Source: Eledone cirrhosa
Lineage: Eukaryota
Direction: 5' to 3'
DNA length: 64,000 nucleotides
NCBI GenBank assembly: GCA_964016885.1
Contig: OZ024741.1
Location: forward strand, 255,874,001-255,938,000
Within the stretch, counting starts at the first letter, position 1. Each line of letters begins with the position of its first letter. Positions 53,924 through 64,000 of this stretch are shown here, one piece after another. Position numbers and translations under genes: made by a program. A model generated the notes under the pieces. The model was given only the letters and a program-made list of their open reading frames with translations, was not told the DNA's origin and did no database searches.

Positions 53924-56228
53924 GTTTCGCTTTACGAGTGTTTCGACTTACGAGTGTTTCGACATACGAGTGTTTCGACTTACGAATGTTTTTGCTTACG
54001 GGTGTTTCGACTTACGAATGTTTTTGCTTACGAGTGTTTCGGTTTACGAGTGTTCCGACTTACGAGTGTTCCGACTTACGAGTGTTTCGGCTTACGAGTG
54101 TTTCCGGCTTACGAGTGTTTCAACTTACGAGTGTTCTGACTTACGAGTGTTCTGACTTACGGATGTTTCGACACACGAGTGTTTCGAATTACGAGTGTTT
54201 CGACTTACGAGTGTTTTGACTTACGGGTGTTTTGACATACGAGTGTTTCGATACGAGTGTTTCGACTTACGAGTGTTCTGACTTACGAGTGTTCTGATTT
54301 ACGGATGTTTCGACATACGAGTGTTTCGACTTACGAGTGTTTCGACTTATGAGTGTTTCGACTTACGAGTGTTTCGGCTTACGAGTGTTTCGACTTACGA
54401 GTGTTTTGACTTACGGTGTTTCGGCTTACGAGTGTTTCGACTTACGAGTGTTTTGACTTACGGGTGTTTTGACATACGAGTGTTTCGATACGAGTGTTCT
54501 GACTTACGAGTGTTCTGACTTACGAGTGTTCTGACTTACGAGTGTTCTGACTTACGAGTGTTCTGATTTACGGATGTTTCGACATACGAGTGTTTCGACT
54601 TACGAGTGTTTCGACTTATGAGTGTTTCGACTTACGAGTGTTTCGGCTTACGAGTGTTTCGACTTACGAGTGTTTTGACTTACGGTGTTTCGGCTTACGA
54701 GTGTTTCGACTTACGAGTGTTTTGACTTACGGGTGTTTTGACATACGAGTGTTTCGATACGAGTGTTCTGACTTACGAGTGTTCTGACTTACGAGTGTTT
54801 TGACTTACGAGTGTTCTGACTTACGGGTGTTTCGACTTACGAGTATTTTTGGCTTACGAGTGTTTCGACTTACGAGTGTTTTGACTTACGAGTGTTCTGA
54901 TTTACGGATGTTTCGACATACGAGTGTTTCGACTTACGAATGTTTCGACTTATGAGTGTTTCGACTTACGAGTGTTTCGGCTTACGAGTGTTTCGACTTA
55001 CGAGTGTTTTGACTTACGGTGTTTCGGCTTACGAGTGTTTCGACTTACGAGTGTTTTGACTTACGGGTGTTTTGACATACGAGTGTTTCGATACGAGTGT
55101 TCTGACTTACGAGTGTTCTGACTTACGAGTGTTTTGACTTACGAGTGTTCTGACTTACGAGTGTTCCGACTTACGAGTGTTCCGACTTACGAGTGTTTCG
55201 GCTTACGAGTGTTTCCGGCTTACGAGTGTTTCGACTTCCGAGTGTTTTGACTTACGGTGTTTCGGCTTACGAGTGATTCGACTTACGAGTGTTTTGACTT
55301 ACGGGTGATTTGACTTACGGGTGTTGTGAATTTCGAGTGTTCCGATTTACGAGTGTTTTGACTTACGGTGTTTCGGCTTACGAGTGATTCGACTTACGAA
55401 TGTTTTGACTTACGGGTGTTTCGGCTTGCGAGTGTTTCGACTTACGAGTGTTTCGGCTTATGGGTGTTTCGACTTACTAATGTTTTTACTTACGAGTGTT
55501 TCGGCGTACGAGTGTTTTGACTTACGAGTGTTTCGACTTACGAGTGTTTCGACTTACGAGTGTTTCGACTTACGAGTGTTTCGGCTTACGTGAGTTTCGA
55601 CTTAAGAGTGTTCTGATTTACGAGTGTTCTGACTTGCGGGTGTTCTGATTTACGAGTGTTCCGACTTACGAGTGTTTCGGCTTATTAGTGTTTCGACTTA
55701 TGGGTGTTTCGACTTACGAGTGTTTTTACTTACGGTGTTTCGGCTTACGAGTGTTTCGACATACGAGTGTTTTGACTTACGGGTGTTCTGACTTACGAGT
55801 GTTTTGACTTACGAGTGTTCTGACTTACGAGTGTTCCGACTTACGAGTGTTCCGACTTACGAGTGTTTCGGCTTACGAGTGTTTTGACTTAAGGGTGTTT
55901 CGACTTACGAGTGTTTCGATACGAGTGTTTCGACTTACGAGTGTTTCGGCTTACGAGTGTTTCGACTTACGAGTGTTTCGACTTACGAGTGTTCCGACTT
56001 ACGGGTGTTTCGACTTACGAGTGTTTTGGCTTACGGTGTTTCGACTTACGAGTGTTTCGAGTTAAGAGTGTTTTGACTTACGAGTGTTCTGATTTACGAG
56101 TGTTCTGACTTACGAGTGTTCTGACTTACGAGTGTTCTGACTTACGAGTGTTCTGACTTACGAGTGTTCCGACTTTACGAGTGTTTCGGCTCACGAATGT
56201 TTCGGCTTACGAGTGTTTCGACTTACGA

Positions 56229-56297
56229 AAATAACAAATAGACGCGGTTTCAAATCTCTATGCTTTTCAAATTCATTACATTAATCTTTATTTATAC
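56229..56297. repeat. 69-bp AT-rich segment, copy 10
   Basis: Same sequence, ATG at 56260. Confidence 0.97.
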
Positions 56298-58751
56298 GTT
56301 TCGCTTTACGAGTGTTTCGACTTACGAGTGTTTCGACATACGAGTGTTTCGACTTACGAATGTTTTTGCTTACGGGTGTTTCGACTTACGAATGTTTTTG
56401 CTTACGAGTGTTTCGGTTTACGAGTGTTCCGACTTACGAGTGTTCCGACTTACGAGTGTTTCGGCTTACGAGTGTTTCCGGCTTACGAGTGTTTCAACTT
56501 ACGAGTGTTCTGACTTACGAGTGTTCTGACTTACGGATGTTTCGACACACGAGTGTTTCGAATTACGAGTGTTTCGACTTACGAGTGTTTTGACTTACGG
56601 GTGTTTTGACATACGAGTGTTTCGATACGAGTGTTTCGACTTACGAGTGTTCTGACTTACGAGTGTTCTGATTTACGGATGTTTCGACATACGAGTGTTT
56701 CGACTTACGAGTGTTTCGACTTATGAGTGTTTCGACTTACGAGTGTTTCGGCTTACGAGTGTTTCGACTTACGAGTGTTTTGACTTACGGTGTTTCGGCT
56801 TACGAGTGTTTCGACTTACGACTGTTTTGACTTACGGGTGTTTTGACATACGAGTGTTTCGATACGAGTGTTCTGACTTACGAGTGTTCTGACTTACGAG
56901 TGTTCTGACTTACGAGTGTTCTGACTTACGAGTGTTCTGATTTACGGATGTTTCGACATACGAGTGTTTCGACTTACGAGTGTTTCGACTTATGAGTGTT
57001 TCGACTTACGAGTGTTTCGGCTTACGAGTGTTTCGACTTACGAGTGTTTTGACTTACGGTGTTTCGGCTTACGAGTGTTTCGACTTACGAGTGTTTTGAC
57101 TTACGGGTGTTTTGACATACGAGTGTTTCGATACGAGTGTTCTGACTTACGAGTGTTTCGGCTTATTAGTGTTTCGACTTATGGGTGTTTCGACTTACGA
57201 GTGTTTTTACTTACGGTGTTTCGGCTTAAGAGTGTTTCGACATACGAGTGTTTTGACTTACGGGTGTTTCGACTTACGAGTGTTTTGACTTACGAATGTT
57301 TTGACTTACGGGTGTTTCGGCTTACGAGTGTTTCGACTTACGAGTGTTTAGGCTTACGAGTGTTTCGACTTACTAATGTTCTTACGAGTGTTTCGGCGTA
57401 CGAGAGTTTTGACTTACGAGTGTTTCGACTGACGAGTGTTTCGACTTACGAGTGTTTTGACTTACGAATGTTTTGACTTACGGGTGTTTCGGCTGACGAT
57501 TGTTTCGACTTACGAGTCTTTCGGCTTACGAGTGTTTCGACTTACTAATGTTTTTACTTACGAGTGTTTCGGCGTACGAGTGTTTCGACTTACGAGTGTT
57601 TCGACTTACGGGTGTTTTGACTTACGGGTGTTTCGGCTTACGAGTGTTTTGACTTACGAGTGTTTTGACTTAAGGGTGTTTCGACTTACGAGTATTTTTG
57701 GCTTACGAGTGTTTCGACTTACGAGTGTTTTGACTTACGAGTGTTCTGATTTACGGATGTTTCGACATACGAGTGTTTCGACTTACGAGTGTTTCGACTT
57801 ATGAGTGTTTCGACTTACGAGTGTTTCGGCTTATGAGTGTTTCGACTTACGAGTGCTTCGGCTTACGAGTGTTTCGACTTACGAGTATTTCGGCTTACGA
57901 GTGTTTCGACGTACGAATGTTTTGGCTTACGAGTGTTTCGGCTTATGAGTGTTTCGGCTTACGAGTGTTTCGGCTTACGAGTGTTTCGGCTTACGAGTGT
58001 TTCAGTGTTTCGGCTTACGTGTGTTTCGACTTACGAGTGTTTCGACTTACGAGTGTTTTGACTTACGAGTGTTCTGATTTACGGATGTTTCGACATACGA
58101 GTGTTTCGACTTACGAGTGTTTCGACTTATGAGTGTTTCGACTTACGAGTGTTTCGACTTACGAGTGTTTCGGCTTGTGATTGTTTCGACTTACGAGTGT
58201 TTTGACTTACGGTGTTTCAGCTTACGAGTGTTTCGACTTACGAGTGTTTTGACTTACGGGTGTTTTGACATACGAGTGTTTCGATACGAGTGTTCTGACT
58301 TACGAGTGTTCTGACTTACGAGTGTTTTGACTTACGAGTGTTCTGACTTACGAGTGTTCCGACTTACGAGTGTTCCGACTTACGAGTGTTTCGGCTTACG
58401 AGTGTTTTGACTTAAGGGTGTTTCGACTTACGAGTGTTTCGATACGAGTGTTTCGACTTACGAGTGTTTCGGCTTACGAGTGTTTCGACTTACGAGTGTT
58501 TCGACTTACGAGTGTTCCGACTTACGGGTGTTTCGACTTACGAGTGTTTTGGCTTACGGTGTTTCGACTTACGAGTGTTTCGAGTTAAGAGTGTTTTGAC
58601 TTACGAGTATTCTGATTTACGAGTGTTCTGACTTACGAGTGTTCTGACTTACGAGTGTTCTGACTTACGAGTGTTCTGACTTACGAGTGTTCCGACTTTA
58701 CGAGTGTTTCGGCTCACGAGTGTTTCGGCTTACGAGTGTTTCGACTTACGA

Positions 58752-58820
58752 AAATAACAAATAGACGTGGTTTCAAATCTCTATGCTTTTCAAATTCATT
58801 ACATTAATCTTTATTTATAC
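58752..58820. repeat. 69-bp AT-rich segment, copy 11 (CpG>TpG: GACGTGG)
   Basis: Same sequence with one substitution, ATG at 58783. Confidence 0.97.
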
Positions 58821-59583
58821 GTTTCGCTTTACGAGTGTTTCGACTTACGAGTGTTTCGACATACGAGTGTTTCGACTTACGAATGTTTTTGCTTACGGGT
58901 GTTTCGACTTACGAATGTTTTTGCTTACGAGTGTTTCGGTTTACGAGTGTTCCGACTTACGAGTGTTCCGACTTACGAGTGTTTCGGCTTACGAGTGTTT
59001 CCGGCTTACGAGTGTTTCAACTTACGAGTGTTCTGTCTTACGAGTGTTCTGATTTACGGATGTTTCGACACACGAGTGTTTCGAATTACGAGTGTTTCGA
59101 CTTACGAGTGTTTTGACTTACGGGTGTTTTGACATACGAGTGTTTCGATACGAGTGTTTCGACTTACGAGTGTTCTGACTTACGAGTGTTCTGTCTTACG
59201 AGTGTTCTGACTTACGAGTGTTCTTACTTACGAGTGTTCCGACTTACGAGTGTTCCGACTTACGAGTGTTTCGGCTTACGAGTGTTTCGGCTTACGAGTG
59301 TTTCGACTTACGAATGTTTCGACTTACGAGTGTTCCGACTTACGGGTGTTTCGACTTACGAGTGTTTTGGCTTACGGTGTTTCGGCTTACGAGTGTTTCG
59401 AGTTACGAGTGTTTTGACTTACACGTGTTTTGACATACGAGTGTTTCGATACGAGTGTTCTGACTTACGAGTGTTCTGACTTACGAGTGTTCTGACTTAC
59501 GAGTGTTCTGACTTACGAGTGTTCCGACTTTACGAGTGTTTCGGCTCACGAGTGTTTCGGCTTACGAGTGTTTCGACTTACGA

Positions 59584-59652
59584 AAATAACAAATAGACGC
59601 GGTTTCAAATCTCTATGCTTTTCAAATTCATTACATTAATCTTTATTTATAC
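59584..59652. repeat. 69-bp AT-rich segment, copy 12
   Basis: Same sequence, ATG at 59615. Confidence 0.97.
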
Positions 59653-61363
59653 GTTTCGCTTTACGAGTGTTTCGACTTACGAGTGTTTCGACATACGAGT
59701 GTTTCGGCTTACGAGTGTTTCGACTTACGAGTGTTTCGACTTACGAGTGTTTCGGCTTACGAGTGTTTTGACTTACGAATGTTTTGACTTACGATTGTTT
59801 CGGCTTACGAGTGTTTCGACTTACGAGTGTTCTGACTACGAGTGTTCTGACTTACGGGTGTTCTGACTTACGAGTGTTCCGACTTACGAGTGTTTCGGCT
59901 TATGAGTGTTTCGACTTACGAGTGCTTCGACTTACGAGTGTTTCGGCTTACGGGTGTTTCGACTTACGAATGTTTTTGCTTACGAGTGTTTCGGCTTACG
60001 AGTGTTTCGGCTTATGAGTGTTTCGACTTACGAGTGTTTTGACTTACGGGTGTTTTGACATACGAGTGTTTCGATACGATTGTTCTGACTTACGAGTGTT
60101 TCCGCTTACGAGTGTTTCGGCTTACGAGTGTTTCGACTTACTAATGTTTTTACTTACGAGTGTTTCGGTGTACGAGTGTTTCGACTTAAGGATGTTTCGA
60201 CTTACGAGTGTTTCGACTTACGAGTGTTTCGACTTAGGAGTGTTTCGACTTACGAGTGTTTTGGCTTACGAATGTTTTGACTTACGGGTGTTTCGACTTA
60301 CGAGTGTTTCGGCTTATGAGTGTTTCGACTTACGGGCGTTTCGACTTACGGGTGTTTCGACTTACGAGTGTTTTGGCTTACGAATGTTTTGACTTACGGG
60401 TGTTTCGACTTACGAGTGTTTCGACTTATGAGTGTTTGGACTTACGAGTGTTTCGGCTTATGAGTGTTTCGACTTACGAGTGCTTCGGCTTACGAGTGTT
60501 TCGACTGACGAATGTTTTGGCTTACGAGTGTTTCGGCTTATGAGTGTTTCGGCTTACGAGTGTTTCGACTTACGAGGGTTTCGGCTTACGAGTGTTTCAG
60601 TGTTTCGGCTTACGTGTGTTTCGACTTACGAGTGTTTCGACTTACGACTGTTTCGGCTTACGAGTGTTTCGGCTTACGAGTGTTTCGGCTTACGAGTGTT
60701 TTGAATTACGATTGTTTGGCTTACGAGTGTTCTGACTTACGGGTGTTCTGACTTACGAGGGTTCCGACTTACGAGTGTTTCGGCTTATGAGGGTTTCGAC
60801 TTACGAGTGCTTCGGCTTACGAGTGTTTCGACTTACGTGTGTTTCGGCTTACGAGTGTTTCGACTTACGGTGTTTCGGCTTACGAGTGTTTCGACATACG
60901 AGTGTTTTGACGTACGGGTGTTTCGACTTACGGGTCTTTCGACTTAAGAGTGTTTCGACTTACGAGCGCTTCGACTTACGAGTGTTTCGACTTACGAGTG
61001 TTTCGACTTACGAGTGTTTCGAATTACGAGTGTTTCGACTTACGAGTGTTTTGACTTACGAGTGTTTTGACTTACGGTGTTTCTGCTTACGAGTGTTTCG
61101 ACTTACGAGTGTTATGACTTACGGGTGTTTTGACATACGAGTGTTTCGACTTACGAGTGTTTTGACTTACGGGTGTTTTGACATACGAGTGTTTCGATAG
61201 GAGTGTTCTGACTTACGAGTGTTCTGACTTACGAGTGTTCTGACTTACGAGTGTTCTGACTTACGAGTGTTCTGACTTACGAGTGTTCTGACTTACGAGT
61301 GTTCCGACTTTACGAGTGTTTCGGCTCACGAGTGTTTCGGCTTACGAGTGTTTCGACTTACGA

Positions 61364-61432
61364 AAATAACAAATAGACGCGGTTTCAAATCTCTATGCTT
61401 TTCAAATTCATTACATTAATCTTTATTTATAC
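61364..61432. repeat. 69-bp AT-rich segment, copy 13
   Basis: Same sequence, ATG at 61395. Confidence 0.97.
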
Positions 61433-62766
61433 GTTTCGCTTTACGAGTGTTTCGACTTACGAGTGTTTCGACATACGAGTGTTTCGGCTTACGAGTGTTT
61501 TGATTTACAAGTGTTTTGACTTACGGGTGCTTCGACTTACGCGTGTTTCGACTTACGAGTGTTTCGACTTACGAGTGTTTCGGCTTATGAGTGTTTTGAC
61601 TTACGAATGTTTTGACTTACGATTGTTTCGGCTTACGAGTGTTTCGACTTACGAGTGTTCTGACTACGAGTGTTCTGACTTACGGGTGTTCTGACTTACG
61701 AGTGTTCTGACTTACGAGTGTTTCGGCTTATGAGTGTTTCGACTTACGAGTGCTTCGACTTACGAGTGTTTCGGCTTACGGGTGTTTCGACTTACGAATG
61801 TTTTTGCTTACGAGTGTTTCGGCTTACGAGTGTTTCGGCTTATGAGTGTTTCGACTTACGAGTGTTTTGACTTACGGGTGTTTTGACATACGAGTGTTTC
61901 GATACGATTGTTCTGACTTACGAGTGTTTCCGCTTACGAGTGTTTCGGCTTACGAGTGTTTCGACTTACTAATGTTTTTACTTACGAGTGTTTCGGTGTA
62001 CGAGTGTTTCGACTTACGAGTGTTTCGACTTACGAGTGTTTCGACTTACGAGTGTTTCGACTTACGAGTGTTTTGGCTTACGAATGTTTTGACATACGGG
62101 TGTTTCGGCTTACGAGTGTTTCGACTTACGAGTGTTTCGGCTTGCGAGTGTTTCGACTTACTAATGTTTTTACTTACGAGTTTTTCGGCGTACGAGTGTT
62201 TCGACTTACGAGTGTTTCGACTTACGGGTGTTTTGCTTTAAGGGTGTTTCGACTTACAAGTGTTTCGACTTACGAGTGTTTCGACTTACGAGTGTTCTGA
62301 CTTACGAGTGTTCTGATTTACGGATGTTTCGTCATACGAGTGTTTCGACTTACGAGTGTTTCGACTTACGAGTGTTTTGACTTACGGGTGTTTTGACATA
62401 CGAGTGTTTCGATACGAGTGTTTCGACTTACGAGTGTTCTGACTTACGAGTGTTCTGACTTACGAGTGTTCTGACTTACGAGTGTTCTGATTTACGAGAG
62501 TTCCGACTTACGAGTGTTTCGACTTACGAGTGTTTCGACTTACGAGTGTTCCGACTTACGGGTGTTTCGACTTACGAGTGGTTTGGCTTACGGTGTTTCG
62601 GCTTACGAGTGTTTCGAGTTACGAGTGTTTTGACTTACGCGTGTTTGACATACGAGTGTTTCGATACGAGTGTTCTGACTTACGAGTGTTCTGACTTACG
62701 AGTGTTCCGACTTTACGAGTGTTTCGGCTCACGAGTGTTTCGGCTTACGAGTGTTTCGACTTACAA

Positions 62767-62835
62767 AAATAACAAATAGACGCGGTTTCAAATCTCTATG
62801 AATTTCAAATTCATTACATTAATCTTTATTTATAC
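62767..62835. repeat. 69-bp AT-rich segment, copy 14 (most diverged: ATGAATTTC, left flank TTACAA)
   Basis: CT>AA change after the ATG at 62798 and G>A in the left flank. Confidence 0.96.
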
Positions 62836-64000
62836 GTTTCGCTTTACGAGTGTTTCGACTTACGAGTGTTTCGACATACGAGTGTTTCGACTTCCGAATG
62901 TTTTCGCTTACGGGTGTTTCGACTTACGAATGTTTCGGCTTACGAGTGTTTCGGCTTACGAGTGTTCCGACTTAGGAGTGTTTCGGCTTACGGGTGTTTC
63001 CGGCTTACGAGTGTTTCGACTTTAGAGTGTTTCGACTTTAGAGTGTTTTGACTTACGGTGTTTCGGCTTACGAGTGATTCGACTTACGAGTGTTTTGACT
63101 TACGAGTGTTTCGACTTACGAGTGTTTTGACTTACGAATGTTTTGACTTACGGGTGTTTCGGCTTACGAGTGTTTCGACTTACGAGTGTTTCGGCTTGCG
63201 AGTGTTTCGACTTACTAATGTTTTTACTTACGAGTGTTTAGGCGTACGAGTGTTTCGACTTACGAGTGTTTCGACTTACGGGTGTTTTGACTTACGGGTG
63301 TTTCGGCTTACCAGTGTTTCGACTTACGAGTGATTTGACTTACGAGTGTTTCGGATTACGAGTGTTTTGACTTCAGGGTGTTTAGACTTACGAGTGTTTC
63401 GATACGAGTGTTTCGACTTACGAGTGTTCTGACTTACGAGTATTCTGATTTACGGATGTTTCGACACACGAGTGTTTCGAATTACGAGTGTTTCGACTTA
63501 CGAGTGTTTTGACTTACGGGTGTTTTGACATACGAGTGTTTCGATACGAGTGTTTCGACTTATGAGTGTTTCGACTTACGAGTGTTCTGACTTACGAGTG
63601 TTCTGACTTACGAGTGTTCTGATTTACGGATGTTTCGACACACGAGTGTTTCGATACGAGTGTTTCGACTTACGAGTGTTTCGACTTATGAGTGTTTCGA
63701 CTTACGAGTGTTCTGACTTACGAGTGTTCTGACTTACGAGTGTTCCGACTTACGAGTGTTTCGGTTTACGAGTGTTTCGACATACGAGTGTTTTGACTTA
63801 CGGGTGTTTCGACTTACGGGTGTTTCGACTTACGAGTGTTTTGGCTTACGAGTGTTTCGACTTACTAATGTTTTTACTTACGAGTGTTTCGGTGTACGAA
63901 TGTTTTGACTTAAGGATGTTTCGACTTACGAGTGTTTCGACTTACGAGTGTTTCGGCTTACGTGAGTTTCGACTTAAGATTGTTCTGATTTACGAGTGTT

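Larger units (their letters stand above)
53410..57156 (+). repeat. 2374-bp tandem duplication (about 1.6 copies) carrying segment copies 9 and 10
   Basis: ORFs 53473/55847, 53886/56260, 54321/56695 and 54590/56964 are all offset by 2374. Confidence 0.88.
1..64000 (+). repeat. Tandem satellite array of a 16-bp monomer (consensus GACTTACGAGTGTTTC), about 4,000 copies, single orientation, running off both window ends
   Basis: The monomer is visible on every line. Common variants include GGCTTACGAG, TTTTGAC, TTCTGAC, TTCCGAC, TATGAG, TACGGG, TACGAAT and GACATACG. I saw no reverse-complement tract (GAAACACTCGTAAGTC). Confidence 0.99.

Noticed and set aside
22-63333. Hundreds of ORFs encoding FRLTSVSTYECFDLRV-type repeats
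   Set aside because: They are direct translations of the satellite in all frames, mostly with GTG/TTG starts. They overlap, stops and frameshifting indels occur freely, and there is no recognisable domain.
1-64000. CRISPR array
   Set aside because: Repeats are head-to-tail without unique spacers, the single intervening sequence is constant, and no cas genes are present.
1-64000. Telomerase-type telomeric repeat
   Set aside because: There is no G-run typical of telomeric repeats, and inherited variant patterns with kb-scale duplications indicate recombinational rather than templated addition. A subtelomeric location is not excluded.
1-64000. Pure sequencing or synthetic artefact
   Set aside because: Variants are inherited in nested, collinear blocks consistent with a real evolutionary history, although individual duplications could still be misassembled.

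Overview
The whole 64-kb window is one uninterrupted, single-orientation satellite/minisatellite array of a 16-bp monomer, consensus GACTTACGAGTGTTTC (about 4,000 monomers, two CpGs and a TCGA site per unit), most likely eukaryotic repetitive DNA. I find no credible protein-coding gene, RNA gene, CRISPR array or intact transposon. The hundreds of + strand ORFs are an artefact: the 16-mer has no stop codon in any + frame, so it translates as (FRLTSVSTYECFDLRV)n. The only non-monomer sequence is a 69-bp AT-rich segment present in 14 near-identical copies, always at the same monomer position and with the same upstream variant monomers. Two sites carry the same flanks but lack it. Variant monomers act as a barcode that reveals nested higher-order repeats: about 253-270, 391, 844, 1038, 2374 and 3215 bp, a very recent ~15.68-kb tandem duplication, and older paralogous blocks. 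The monomer resembles terminal motifs of pogo/Tigger-like DNA transposons, but this is recalled and unverified. Offsets were derived by eye and from matching ORF starts, so block boundaries are approximate.
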